From contig SCRC01000006.1 of the NCBI GenBank assembly GCA_004297945.1, positions 1,801-65,800 on the forward strand: 64,000 nucleotides of DNA, given 5' to 3'. This stretch comes from Candidimonas sp. GTDB taxonomy: Bacteria > Pseudomonadota > Gammaproteobacteria > Burkholderiales > Burkholderiaceae_B. Positions 31,294-45,600 of the stretch are shown here, piece by piece. Each line of letters starts with the position of its first letter. Within the stretch, counting starts at the first letter, position 1. The notes below the pieces were generated by a model. The model was not told the DNA's origin. It worked only from the letters and a program-made list of their open reading frames with translations, and did no database searches. The position numbers were made by a program, and so were the translations under genes.

Positions 31294-31678
31294 CGTAAGC
31301 CCCCCCTCGTGGGTGGCAATTCGACGCCTCATACTACATTAATCCCGGCTAGGGCATTTTCGGTTGACGTGCTTACGGAACGGAACGCGTTTCGAACGCT
31401 TTTTCTTGGGGCCGTTTAGGCGTTTTAGGTGGGGTAATTCTATTAACACGCCGCAGGGCGAGGGGTGGGTAGCGTCCGGTCCGTCCAGCGGTCGTGGCGC
31501 TCACGCGCCCCGACTGCCCGGGTCTGCCCAGATCCCATAGACGGCGTATTCAGATACCCAAACGTCCAGCCAAAAGATGGCCAAGAACCCGCGGTCGGCG
31601 CCAGTTATGGAAGCCGATAAAAGTGATGTCAACGCGTTGTTGTTGAACTGTTTGGCACCCACAAGGGGTGCCGCTACA
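31294..31678. mobile_element. second REP-bracketed structured intergenic element
   Basis: degenerate REP 31294-31317, intact inverted REP 31653-31678, nested imperfect inverted repeats between them. Confidence 0.45.
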
Positions 31679-32465
31679 AAACCGGCGACACAGCCTCGGC
31701 AGCTGCCGGCTTCTTATCCGCGCGGCCCAGACCCAGGTAGCTTTCGATGACGCGGGGGTTTCCTATCAGCGCGGCGGAAGGGCCTTCAAGCACCACCTCG
31801 CCGGTCTCCAGGACATAACCGTAATCGGCTACCTGCAAGGCTGCACGGGCGTTTTGCTCAACCAGCAAGATAGAGACTCCGATGCGCCGCAAGCGGGAAA
31901 TAATCTGGAAAATTTCTCGCACGATACGCGGTGCCAGCCCCAGGCTGGGCTCGTCGAGCATCAGCAACTGCGGCTGGGCCATCAGCGCGCGCCCCACCGC
32001 CAGCATTTGCCGCTCGCCACCCGACAAAGTGCCCGCCTCCTGCATCCGGCGTTCGCGCAGGCGCGGGAACAAATCATAAACTTCGTCGATCTTCGCCCTC
32101 CAGCCGGATACTCCAGCACGATAAAGCCTGAACCCGCCCAAGAGCAAATTATCTTCCACCGACATGCTGCCAAACAGTTCGCGCCGCTCAGGCACCAGCG
32201 ACATGCCGCCCCCCACACGTCGCTCCACCTGCCACGAACCCACCTCGGATCCCAGGTATTGAATTGAACCCGTGCAATGCCCCGTTAACGGCAGCGAACC
32301 CATAATTGAATTGAGCAAGGTCGATTTGCCTGCGCCATTGCCGCCAATGACCGTCACGATACTGCCGCGAGCCACACGAATGCGAGCTCCCGCAATAGCC
32401 GTGACCTTGCCGTATTTGGCCGACAGATCCGCAACCTGCAACACCATATTGTCAGACGGGTTCAT
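31674..32465 (-). CDS. Liv-type ABC ATPase (LivF-like)
   Basis: [27 protein letters not shown]; stop codon lies in the REP GTAG. Confidence 0.9.
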   Translation of the reverse strand: MNPSDNMVLQVADLSAKYGKVTAIAGARIRVARGSIVTVIGGNGAGKSTLLNSIMGSLPLTGHCTGSIQYLGSEVGSWQVERRVGGGMSLVPERRELFGSMSVEDNLLLGGFRLYRAGVSGWRAKIDEVYDLFPRLRERRMQEAGTLSGGERQMLAVGRALMAQPQLLMLDEPSLGLAPRIVREIFQIISRLRRIGVSILLVEQNARAALQVADYGYVLETGEVVLEGPSAALIGNPRVIESYLGLGRADKKPAAAEAVSPVL

Positions 32466-34300
32466 ACTGCCGCTCCCGCCAGGGGCGCGCCCACCGGATC
32501 ATCGAGATCAAGATCATCATCAATGCCGCCCAGGTAAGCTTCGAGCACAGCCGGATTCTGCTGCACCTCAGCCGGCAGGCCTTCGGCCAGCTTGATGCCG
32601 AAATCCATCACCACCAGGTGATCGGTCAAGTTCATGACAAAATCCATATCGTGCTCCACCAGCAAAATGCTCATACCCTCGCTGCGCAGCTGATCGAGCA
32701 CCTCGGCCAGTTCCTGCTTCTCCTTATAGCGCAAACCTGCAGCCGGTTCGTCAAGCAGCAAAAGCACGGGGTCGGCCGCCAGCGCGCGTGCAATTTCAAG
32801 AATACGCTGCTGCCCCAACGCCAGATTGCCAGCCTGTTCGTATAGATAATCGCCCAGCCCGACGCGCTGCAATTGCGTAGCTGCCTCGTGCAGCAGCGCC
32901 GCTTCGCCACGACGCTCGATGTGCATTACCGAGGCCAGCACGCCGATTTGGCTGCGCAGATGCGCGCCCAAAGCCACGTTTTCGAGCACCGTCATGGTGG
33001 GCAATATCTGTACGTGCTGGAAAGTACGCCCGACGCCCAATCGGGCAATTTCGCGCGACAGCAGATGATCGATACGGCCTCCCAGAAAACTGACCTTGCC
33101 GGCCGTCAGCGGCAAGACGCCGGTAATCAAGTTAAAGGTTGTGCTCTTGCCCGCGCCGTTAGGCCCGATCAGGCCCATGATCTCGCCCGCGCGCAGTGCG
33201 AAGCTGATGTCATTGACGGCGACCAGGCCACCAAACTCCTTGCGCACCCCCTCGATTTCAAGCACCAAAGAGCCTCTTTCAGGCCGGGCGCGCTGCGCGA
33301 GCGGCTGCCCGGCGGGTGGCGCAACCCTGCGCCGCGACAGCGCCTTGCCCGTCAGCGCGCCCCACCATGAGGCCAGCACCGGCCAGACACCATTGCGGGC
33401 ATGCTGCAATACCAGAATCATCAGCACACCGAAAACGATCAGCTCAAAATTAGCGCTGGTGTTGAGCAGCCGCGGCAATACGTTCTGGATCTGATCTTTA
33501 AGCGTGAGAATCAAGCCCGACCCCAGCACGGCACCCCATACGCTGCCGGCTCCGCCCACAACCGCCATGAACAGATATTCGATACCATAATTCAGGCCAA
33601 ACGGGCTGGGGCTGACGGCCCGTTGCATATGCGCGTACAGCCATCCCGACACACTGGCCAGCAGCGCCGCGTAGACAAAGATAATCACCTTGTACGATGC
33701 CATATTGATGCCGAACGACTCGGCCATCCCACCTCCGCTTCGAAGCGCACGAATGGCGCGGCCGGGCCGTGAATCGAGCAAATTGCGGGTGGCCCACATA
33801 GCCAACAGAAGAATCACCCATATCAGGTAATAAAGATGCCGGCCATTTTCCAGCGAAATGCCCAGGAAATGGATCGGAGCGATGCCGGCTATGCCATCGT
33901 ACTGTCCCAAAAATTCCAGATTGCCGAACAGGTAATACAGCGACAGGCTCCAGGCAATTGTGCCCAAAGGAAGATAATGACCTGAAAGCCGCATGGTAAT
34001 CACACCCAGCACATAGGCCACCAGAAAGGTCAAAACCAGTCCGACAATAAGCGTCAGCCAGGGCGACAGCCCCAGCGCCGTGGACATCCATGCCGTGGTG
34101 TAAGCGCCTATTCCTACAAACGCGGCCTGACCAAACGAGGTCAGGCCGCCCACACCCGTCAAGAGCACCAGCCCCAACACTACCAGACTGGCCAGGCCAA
34201 TATAGTTGAGCTGAGTAATCCAGAATTCAGGGGTGCCCGACAAAATCGGCAAAATCGCCAATATCAGCAAAACCACGAACAGCGCAAGCCGGTTCATCAT
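32462..34300 (-). CDS. fused LivM-like permease / LivG-like ATPase
   Basis: N-terminal TM domain ([10 protein letters not shown]) plus [21 protein letters not shown]. Confidence 0.9.
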   Translation of the reverse strand: MMNRLALFVVLLILAILPILSGTPEFWITQLNYIGLASLVVLGLVLLTGVGGLTSFGQAAFVGIGAYTTAWMSTALGLSPWLTLIVGLVLTFLVAYVLGVITMRLSGHYLPLGTIAWSLSLYYLFGNLEFLGQYDGIAGIAPIHFLGISLENGRHLYYLIWVILLLAMWATRNLLDSRPGRAIRALRSGGGMAESFGINMASYKVIIFVYAALLASVSGWLYAHMQRAVSPSPFGLNYGIEYLFMAVVGGAGSVWGAVLGSGLILTLKDQIQNVLPRLLNTSANFELIVFGVLMILVLQHARNGVWPVLASWWGALTGKALSRRRVAPPAGQPLAQRARPERGSLVLEIEGVRKEFGGLVAVNDISFALRAGEIMGLIGPNGAGKSTTFNLITGVLPLTAGKVSFLGGRIDHLLSREIARLGVGRTFQHVQILPTMTVLENVALGAHLRSQIGVLASVMHIERRGEAALLHEAATQLQRVGLGDYLYEQAGNLALGQQRILEIARALAADPVLLLLDEPAAGLRYKEKQELAEVLDQLRSEGMSILLVEHDMDFVMNLTDHLVVMDFGIKLAEGLPAEVQQNPAVLEAYLGGIDDDLDLDDPVGAPLAGAAV

Positions 34301-34304
34301 GGCC

Positions 34305-35342
34305 TTATTCCTCTTCATCAACGTGGTGTGCGCTAAACGAGCGCCACATCAGCACGGGAATAATCAGCGTGAACACAAAAACCTCTTTGTAGGCACTGGC
34401 CCAGAATGACGAAAATGATTCGAGAATTCCCACGAACAAGGCACCCGCCGCCGCCATCGGATAGCTGACCATTCCGCCAAAAATGGCCGCCACAAAACCT
34501 TTCAGCCCGATAATGAACCCGGTGTCGTAGTAAATCGTGGTGACCGGCGCAATAAGCATGCCCGATAAAGCCCCGATCGCGGCGGCCAGCGTAAAGGTAA
34601 GGCTGCCCGACATATTGGTGCTGATGCCCACCAGGCGGGCACCACGGCGGTTCACGGCTGTTGCGCGCAGCGCCCGGCCATACAGGGTTTTGCCAAAAAA
34701 CAGCCATAAAGCCACAATCAGCACCACACAAGTGCCCAGTACGAAAAAAGTTTGCGCCGACCAGGTCACGGCGCCCAAGTGCACATCGCCGCCAAGAAAA
34801 GGCGGCGTGCGCCAGCCTTCGGGGCCGAAGAAAACCAACGCCAGTCCTGTCATGGCGAAATGAACCGCAACCGCAATGATCAACAGCACCAGCACGCTGG
34901 CCTCGGCTATCGGCTGAAACACCAGGCGATATATCATCGGGCCCAGGGGTACCACCAGCATCATGGCAAAAATCACATTGACCCACAGCGGTGTGGTAGG
35001 GCTGGCAACAAAGGGCGCTATGAAATACAGAGCCAGCGGCAGTGCCACCGCCCAGAGCAAAGTTTTAGGCACGCTCGCCCAGTCGTGGCTGCGCCAGGCG
35101 GCGACAAGCTCCACGACGAAGGTCAGAACACCTATGATCAACAGCAGATTCACGGTGCCAGGCACCTTGCCGTTAACCAGAAAGGCCAGCGTCAGGGCTC
35201 CAAAGGCCACAAACTCGCCCTGCGGGATGAAGATGACGCGTGTCACCACAAACACCAGCACCAGTGCCAGCGCCAGCAGACCATAAATCGCGCCGTTCAC
35301 CACGCCGTCCTGCAACAGGATCAGTACTATAGTTGAATCCAT
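34305..35342 (-). CDS. Liv-type ABC permease (LivH-like)
   Basis: hydrophobic; [17 protein letters not shown]. Confidence 0.9.
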   Translation of the reverse strand: MDSTIVLILLQDGVVNGAIYGLLALALVLVFVVTRVIFIPQGEFVAFGALTLAFLVNGKVPGTVNLLLIIGVLTFVVELVAAWRSHDWASVPKTLLWAVALPLALYFIAPFVASPTTPLWVNVIFAMMLVVPLGPMIYRLVFQPIAEASVLVLLIIAVAVHFAMTGLALVFFGPEGWRTPPFLGGDVHLGAVTWSAQTFFVLGTCVVLIVALWLFFGKTLYGRALRATAVNRRGARLVGISTNMSGSLTFTLAAAIGALSGMLIAPVTTIYYDTGFIIGLKGFVAAIFGGMVSYPMAAAGALFVGILESFSSFWASAYKEVFVFTLIIPVLMWRSFSAHHVDEEE

Positions 35343-35483
35343 CTAGCAAAACACCATCGATCAGAGTCCAGGAAAAACACGCGTCGCGTGCATCAAAATT
35401 GATGACAATAAATACCGGCCTCGGGGGCCGGCATTCGTAGACCGAAAGCAGCCGGCGCCGCGGCCGGCCTGTGCTGCAACATG

Positions 35484-36653
35484 TCACAGATCAGGCTGAT
35501 AGGTCCACTTGCCGTTAACCACTTTCACCATGACACGGGCGCGCTTGTCGAAGCCCGCGTGATCGGTAGGGCTCATATTGAACACGCCCTGCGATGCGGC
35601 CAGGTTCTTGATTTTCTCGAGGGAGTCGCGCAAGGCCGCACGGAATTCAGGCGTACCCGGCTTGGCTCCGGTCTTGAGCGCACCCGGAATTGCGGCAGCG
35701 ATCAAATGGCCGGCATCCCACATATGGCCGCCAAAGGTGTTCATCGTGCCAGCACCGTATTTCGCGTTGTAAAGGTGTTCGTAGGCGAGTGCGCTTTTCT
35801 TGACCGGATTGCTGTCAGGCAACTGATCGGCCACCAGTAACGGGCCGGCGGGAAGAATCATGCCTTCGCAATCTTTACCGCAAACGCGCAACACGTCGTT
35901 ATTGGCGGCGCCGTGCGTTTGATAAATAATGCCTTTGTAGCCGCGGCTTTTCAGTTCACGCTGGGGCAACGCGGAAGGAGTGCCTGCACCCGCGATCAGA
36001 ATGGCATCGGGCTTGCCTGCCATCAGCTTCAAAACCTGGCCGGTCACACTGGTATCGGAACGGCCATATTTTTCGGCATCCGTCATCTTGATGCCCTTGG
36101 CCTTGGCTTCAGCCTTCATCACATTGAGCCAGCCCTCGCCGTAAGCGTCCGAAAACCCAATAAAACCCAGGCTCTTGACATGCTGCTTGACCATGGCATC
36201 ACCCAAAGCCGAAGCCATCAACTGATCGTTTTGCGGCGTCTTGAAAACCCATTTGCGGGCGCCCTCTTGGGGTTCGACAATTTTGGCGCTCGCCGCTACG
36301 CTTATCAATGGCGTTTTGGTTTCACCCGCCACATCGACCATGGCCAGGGAACTGGGCGTCACGGACGAACCAATCACTACGTCGACCTTGTCATCGGTAA
36401 TGAGTTTGCGCATGTTCTTCACGGCGCGTGTGGTGTCAGTGCCGTCATCGAGCACGATGTAGTCGATTTTCTGACCCGCGATTTCCGTCGGCAGCAAAGC
36501 CACGGTATTGCGCTCGGGAATACCCAAAGAGGCTGCCGGGCCGGTGCTGGAGACCGTAATCCCAACCTTGATCTGCGCCGAGCTGACTAAAGGCAAGGCA
36601 AGCGCCACCGCCCCGGCCAGGATCGAAAGCCGAAATGACTGACTGATATTCAT
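35484..36653 (-). CDS. Liv-type ABC substrate-binding protein (resembles aromatic-acid binding subfamily)
   Basis: signal peptide, IKVGITVSSTGPAASLGIPE, YQTHG; GGAG RBS before ATG 36653. Confidence 0.85.
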   Translation of the reverse strand: MNISQSFRLSILAGAVALALPLVSSAQIKVGITVSSTGPAASLGIPERNTVALLPTEIAGQKIDYIVLDDGTDTTRAVKNMRKLITDDKVDVVIGSSVTPSSLAMVDVAGETKTPLISVAASAKIVEPQEGARKWVFKTPQNDQLMASALGDAMVKQHVKSLGFIGFSDAYGEGWLNVMKAEAKAKGIKMTDAEKYGRSDTSVTGQVLKLMAGKPDAILIAGAGTPSALPQRELKSRGYKGIIYQTHGAANNDVLRVCGKDCEGMILPAGPLLVADQLPDSNPVKKSALAYEHLYNAKYGAGTMNTFGGHMWDAGHLIAAAIPGALKTGAKPGTPEFRAALRDSLEKIKNLAASQGVFNMSPTDHAGFDKRARVMVKVVNGKWTYQPDL

Positions 36654-37012
36654 CGTTATCTCCAGGTAAAACAGCGTGCGCGCGCGACGCCTATGTTTGG
36701 TCGTTTGGTATAAAAAATTATACAAAAATCTATGTTTACAGAAAATTAATGTATCACATCAAATGTGCCGGAAAAACCGATACTTGTCTATCAATGGTTT
36801 AAGCTTCCAGCAATTTTACGTCTAAACGGCTGATTATCGACAGAAACAGATACAAAGTCTTTAAGGGGATTCCCTGTATCGTGGCATCGAAAGCGTGTTG
36901 ATCCGCCAAAAAGGCATTTCAGAAGCCCCCGCAACGGCCTCCGGCCGAAAATGCGGGCCATGAAATAACGGGGAACCATTCCGGTCTGTGAAAGTCGATT
37001 AACATAGGGGAA

Positions 37013-37038
37013 TGGCACCCACAAGGGGTGCCGCTACA
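37013..37038 (-). repeat. single REP (type A) upstream of msrB
   Basis: exact consensus, followed by partial echo AAGGGTGCTGCTA. Confidence 0.92.
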
Positions 37039-37107
37039 AAAAGGGTGCTGCTATCGAATAATACAATTCGACATGCCTTTCTCTCGTACTTGAAGCAGGA
37101 ACTTGCC

Positions 37108-37503
37108 GTGAACACAATCACCAAAACCGATGCACAATGGCGCGCGGAACTTAGCCCAGAAGAGTATCAGGTGGCCCGTCTAAAAGGCACCGAGCGTCCG
37201 TTTGCCGGGCGCTACTGGAACTTCACAGAGCCCGGCATATACCGCTGTGTGGGCTGCGGCACCGCCTTGTTCGCATCCGACACGAAATTCGACGCGGGCT
37301 GCGGCTGGCCCAGCTACTTTGAAGCGATCAATCCGGCGAACGTACGCGAACAAACCGATAGCAGCCTGGGCATGGTGCGCACCGAAGTCATGTGCAACAT
37401 CTGCGACTCCCATCTGGGACACGTATTTCCCGATGGCCCGCCACCTACCGGCCGCCGCTATTGCATCAACTCCGTATCTCTTAAGTTTGAACCTGCTGCA
37501 TGA
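37108..37503 (+). CDS. msrB: peptide methionine-R-sulfoxide reductase
   Basis: [29 protein letters not shown]; GTG start with AGGA RBS. Confidence 0.95.
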   Translation: MNTITKTDAQWRAELSPEEYQVARLKGTERPFAGRYWNFTEPGIYRCVGCGTALFASDTKFDAGCGWPSYFEAINPANVREQTDSSLGMVRTEVMCNICDSHLGHVFPDGPPPTGRRYCINSVSLKFEPAA

Positions 37504-38090
37504 AAAAATTCCTGTTCGATCTGTTCCCGCTCATACTTTTTTTTGCAGCGTTCAAATTTGCCGACATCTACGTGGCCACGGCAGTTGCCATTATCGCCGC
37601 AGTGGCTCAATTCATCTGGCTCAAGCTCACAGGCAAAACGATCGAAGCGACGCACTGGATCAACCTGTCGGTCATCGTGATCTTCGGCGGCGCCACTCTG
37701 TTCTTCCACAACGATGTATTCATCAAATGGAAGCCGACGGTTTTATATTGGCTATTTGGCGGCATCCTGGTAGTAGGCAGGTGGGTCTTCAAACGCAACC
37801 TGATGCGCAAAGTGCTGGGTACGCAAATCCATATGCCCGAGGTTATCTGGGACAGGCTCAATCTGAGCTGGGCCGGGTTTTTCGCCGTCTCCGGGGCCTT
37901 GAACCTGTATGTGGCGTTTTCGGGCCGATTCACCGAGTCGCAATGGGTCAATTTCAAAGTATTCGGGCTCATGGCGCTGCTGCTTGTCTTTGCCATCGGC
38001 CAATCGATCTGGCTTAGCCGCTACATGAAAGACGAAATCGGTCAAGCCAAGGTCTTGACCAGCCCGGGGGAACCAAAGGAACCCAGTTAA
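37500..38090 (+). CDS. yciB: intracellular septation protein A
   Basis: [15 protein letters not shown] motifs. Confidence 0.92.
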   Translation: MKKFLFDLFPLILFFAAFKFADIYVATAVAIIAAVAQFIWLKLTGKTIEATHWINLSVIVIFGGATLFFHNDVFIKWKPTVLYWLFGGILVVGRWVFKRNLMRKVLGTQIHMPEVIWDRLNLSWAGFFAVSGALNLYVAFSGRFTESQWVNFKVFGLMALLLVFAIGQSIWLSRYMKDEIGQAKVLTSPGEPKEPS

Positions 38091-38353
38091 TGTCTATTGA
38101 CCGTAAGGAACTGATACGGGAGCGCTTGTCCGCCTTGTCGCCCACACAACTCGACATCATCGATGAATCCCATCTGCACGCAGGGCACGAAGGCGCCAAA
38201 GGCGGGGCCGGCCATTACCGGGTTATTATTTCTTGCTCACAATTTAACGGCCTGGCACCGCTGGCTCGCCACCGGCTCGTGTATGATCGCTTGCACGATT
38301 TAATCCCCTACCCCATTCATGCCCTGGCAATTGTCGCCAGCGCAGTTAAATAA
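38090..38353 (+). CDS. bolA: BolA family protein
   Basis: DESHLHAGH, RHRLVY, IHAL. Confidence 0.92.
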   Translation: MSIDRKELIRERLSALSPTQLDIIDESHLHAGHEGAKGGAGHYRVIISCSQFNGLAPLARHRLVYDRLHDLIPYPIHALAIVASAVK

Positions 38354-38362
38354 AGGAATTAC

Positions 38363-39139
38363 ATGAAACGAATCGCCGTATTAGCCGCAGCATGCGTTAT
38401 TGCAGTCCCTGCCTTTGCGCAAAACATAGCCACCGTCAATGGCCAGGCCATTACACAAAAAAGCCTGGATCAGTTCGTCGCGCTTATGGTCAAGCAAGGC
38501 ACCAAAGACACGCCCGAACTACGCGCCCAGGTCAAGCAGGAAATGATCAATCGTGCTGTAGCCATCCAGGCCGCCGAAAAAGCGGGTATCGATAAACAGG
38601 CCGATATAAAGCAGGAAATTGACCTCTCGCGCCAGAGCATATTGGTGCGCGCCCTGATGGCCGACTACCTTGCCAAGCACCCTGTCACCGATGCCAGTGT
38701 TCAATCCGAATACGACAAAATCAAAAACGAACAGGCCGGCCGGAAAGAATATAAGCTGCGCCATATCTTGGTCAAGGACGAGAAAACCGCCATCGATCTG
38801 ACCGCTAAAATCAAAAGCAAGAAAATCAGCTTCAGCACTGCGGCCAAGCAAAAATCCATTGACCCGGGCAGTGGCAAGAATGGCGGCGAACTGGGTTGGG
38901 CGCCGGCCACCAATTACGTGCCCGAATTTGCGAAGGCCGTGGAAAGCCTGAAAAAAGGCCAGATGACCGACAAACCCGTGCAAACACAATTCGGCTGGCA
39001 CATCATTCAGGTCGAAGACACACGCCCCGTGAAATTCCCCGAGCTCAAGGACGTAAAACCGCAAATTGAACAAATGCTGCGCCAGCAAACCTTGGCCAGT
39101 TATCAGCAAGAACTGCTGAAATCGGCAGTCATCAAGTAA
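38363..39139 (+). CDS. periplasmic parvulin-type peptidyl-prolyl isomerase
   Basis: signal peptide, RHILV, SIDPGS, GGELGW, TQFGWHII. Confidence 0.9.
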   Translation: MKRIAVLAAACVIAVPAFAQNIATVNGQAITQKSLDQFVALMVKQGTKDTPELRAQVKQEMINRAVAIQAAEKAGIDKQADIKQEIDLSRQSILVRALMADYLAKHPVTDASVQSEYDKIKNEQAGRKEYKLRHILVKDEKTAIDLTAKIKSKKISFSTAAKQKSIDPGSGKNGGELGWAPATNYVPEFAKAVESLKKGQMTDKPVQTQFGWHIIQVEDTRPVKFPELKDVKPQIEQMLRQQTLASYQQELLKSAVIK

Positions 39140-39152
39140 AATTCCCCGCCAA

Positions 39153-39291
39153 TGTAGCGGCAGCCCTTGTGGCTGCCATGTTCGAGTTTCCACAAACCTA
39201 TGGCACCCACAAGGGGTGCCGCTACATGTGCAACAGGTACGTTTTTGTAGCGGCAGCCCTTGTGGCTGCCATTTTTTTGCAATGGCACCCC
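39153..39291. repeat. alternating REP cluster (B, A, B, partial A)
   Basis: 39153-39178, 39201-39226, 39246-39271, TGGCACCCC at 39283. Confidence 0.93.
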
Positions 39292-39343
39292 TTTCAGGCG
39301 CCAAGCCAACGCCAAACCTTTCAGGCGTCCAGCAAGGCCACTT

Positions 39344-42453
<3,110 letters not shown>

Positions 42454-42469
42454 AGTTAACCCCGTCGCA

Positions 42470-42559
42470 TATAGCGGCACCCCTTGTGGGTGTCATGTTT
42501 GTCTCTATAAATACCGTCTGCCTGCCTGGATTATGGCACCCACAAGGGGTGTCGCTACA
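42470..42559. repeat. inverted REP doublet (A + A)
   Basis: 42470-42495 and 42534-42559; a further degenerate copy may lie at about 42580-42606. Confidence 0.88.
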
Positions 42560-42615
42560 AATTTCACGGGTAAGTCTCTGGGCGACCTCCCCTGTGGGCG
42601 CTGCAACCTCCATAC

Positions 42616-45600
42616 TTACGCCTCGGCCAATTGCAACGCCGACTCGATATCGACAGCGACAATTCGGGAAACGCCTTGCTCCTGCATGGTCACACCCACT
42701 AGTTGCTTGGCCATCTGCATGGCAATTTTATTGTGGGAAATAAATAAAAACTGGGTCTGTGCACTCATGTTGCTCACCAAATTGGCGTAGCGCTCGGTAT
42801 TGGCGTCGTCGAGCGGCGCATCGACCTCGTCAAGCAAGCAAAACGGCGCCGGATTCAGCTTGAACAAGGCAAACACCAGCGCCGTGGCGGTCAGGGCCTT
42901 TTCGCCCCCCGACAGCAAATGAATGGTGCTGTTGCGCTTGCCCGGAGGCTGCGCCATGATCTGCACGCCCGCATCGAGGATTTCGTCACCTGTAATCGAA
43001 AGACTGGCCTCGCCGCCGCCAAACAGGCTGGGAAACAGCTCACCGAAATGCATGTTGACCGTATCAAAGGTTGCCTGCAACAGCGTGCGCGTTTCGCGAT
43101 CAATTTTACGGATTGCATCTTCCAGCGTTTCCATCGCCGTCTGCAAATCCAGATATTGAGAATCCAGAAAGCCCTTGCGTTCGCGCGCAGCACTAAGCTC
43201 GTCGAGCGCCGCCAGATTGACCGAACCCAAACCCTCGATCTGTCGCGAAATCCGTTGCACCTCGGATTGCAGCCAGTTGGGGCGGCGCCACTCTTGGGGC
43301 CGGTCGGCCAGGGCGGCGCGCAATTGTTCGCGATCGGCCTCATGCGCATCGAGCTGCTCGGCAAACTGCACGACCGCGAGCCGCGCGGCCTGCTCTTGCA
43401 ACTGCAATTCGGTAATGCGCGCGCGGCGTGGTTCCAGCAAGCGTTCCTGAGTAATCCGATCTTCGTCGGCAGCGCGCAACAAGGCGGCCAGATTATCCAG
43501 TTCAGTACGCGCCAGATTCAGGGCGTTTTCACGCTCTGCCCGCTGCTCCAGGGCCTCTTGCAAACCGGCTTGCGCGGCCGACGCGTCAAGTTCAAACAGC
43601 TCGCCCTGCAATCCTTCAAGCTCGTCTGTGCCGCGCCGCGCCTGTTCCGCCGCCAGTTGCAAATTGCGCGTCAGATCGGCAATGCGCCCCAGCAATGTGC
43701 GCTCGGCGAATTCAGACTCCTGCACGGCGCGCTCCATTTCTCGCAACTGCCCACGCGCTTGTTCGGCCTGGCGCGCCAATTCTTCACCGGAAATTTCCGC
43801 GTCGGAAAATACCGACTGATGCTCCCCCAGCTCGATATCCAGCGCTTCGAAACGCGCTTCCGCCTCTTCTTTGTTGGCGCGCACGGCCTCTTGTTGTGCC
43901 ACAATTTCGGCCAGATCGTCACGCAGACGCGCGGTGCGCTCGCCGGACTGCTGCACCAACTGCTGCAGGCGGGAGTGCTCAAGCTGTATATCGTGCAGGT
44001 GCCGGGTGAGCTCGGCCACGCGCAATCGTGCCGCCGGCATGGCCTGCGAAACCTGCTGCCACGCCGTCTCGGCGCGCGCCACATCACCCAGAACCTGATC
44101 GGCAATCAACTGTCTGGCCTTGATTTCGCGCTGCAGGTTTTCAATTTCCCGCTGCCGCGCCAGCATGCCGGCCTGTTCCGAATCGGGCGCATAGAAACGC
44201 ACGCTATGGCGATCTACAAGATGCCCAGCCTGCACCACATAAAGCGCTCCATCCGGCAAGGTGGCGCGCTGCGCCAACGAAGCGGCCAGATCCGCCGCCA
44301 CATAAACGCCGCGCAGCCAGTCCGAGAGCAAAGCACGCAGATCGGGGTCGCTCATGCGCAATAAAGACGCCAAAGGCGTCAAACCCTGCGCCGCAGATGG
44401 GCCCGGCCCAGCCGCCGGCATCTGATAAAAGGCCAGGCGTGCCGGCGGTGCGTCGGCGACAAAGGCGCGTGCATTTTCAAGCTGGCGCACTTCCAGCGCA
44501 GTCATGCGTTCGCGCAATACCGCCTCAAGCGCCGTTTCCCAGCCCGATTCGATTTTCAGCTTCTGCCACAGGCGCCCCAGGCCGGATAGCTCGTGTTTGG
44601 CCAGCCAGGGCTCCAGAGCGCCCTTTCTCTGCACATCTTGCTGCAAGGCGTCGAGCGCCGTCAGTCGTGCTTCGAGCCGCGCCAAATTCTGGGCCTCTTG
44701 TGCGGAGGCCGCATGGGTGGCCCGGCGTTCATCGTCGAGCCGGGGCAGACGTTCTTCAATTTCCAGCAACTGCCCCTGCGACTCTTCCACCTGAGCGCCG
44801 ACGATCTTGAGCTCGGCCGCCAATTGTTCAAGCCTGGCGGGATCGGGCGTATCCAGCTCGCGCATTTCCTGGGTCAGGCGTTCGTGACGCAACTCAAGCG
44901 CCTGCAGCTGGTGATCGGCATCGCGCTGCGTCTGCGCCGTCAGCGCCAGGTTCTGCTCGACTCGCGCCAGAGCGCTGCGCATGGCATCACGCGCGCCAGC
45001 CGCGTCACGCACCCGCGCTTCGATGTCGGGCAAATGCGCCTGCGCATCTTCGGCGCGGGCGCGGGCTTCTCCGATATGCTGCACGTTCGCCTCGATGGCG
45101 GCCTGCGCCTGGGCAATCTGCTCGGTGCAATGGGTTTGCTGATCGCCCCATTCCTGTATTTGCTGCTGCAACTGCGTGCGACGCAACTGCAAGCGATTGC
45201 GCGCATCCACGACATGCCTTATTTCCGCCTCAAGCCGGCTGACCTGGGCTCCTGCTTCAAACAGCAGGCCCTGCGCCGCATGCACCGCATCACCCGCCGC
45301 ATAATGCGCCTGTCGGCGCGATTCGAGCGCCGACTCGCCTGCCCGCAAGCCGGCCAAAGCCTCATCCAGCTCGGCTTGGGCCTGGGCAATGGCCAGTTGT
45401 TTTTTTTGCTGGTCTTCGTCGGCGCTTTCTTCCCGCAACAACCAAAGGGCATGCTGCTTTTGCTCGCCGTCTTCCTGCAATTCGCGGTATTGCCGCGCCA
45501 CTTCGGCTTGCGCGTCCAGTTTTTCCAGTTGCGAACCCAGTTCACGCAATATATCGTCCACACGAGCCAGGTTCTCGCGGGTATCGCCCAAACGGCTTTC

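Noticed and set aside
37012-37107. REP-derived N-terminal extensions of MsrB and ZipA (42454-42480)
   Set aside because: Better starts at the conserved N-termini exist (GTG 37108 with RBS; ATG 42453), so these REPs are treated as intergenic.
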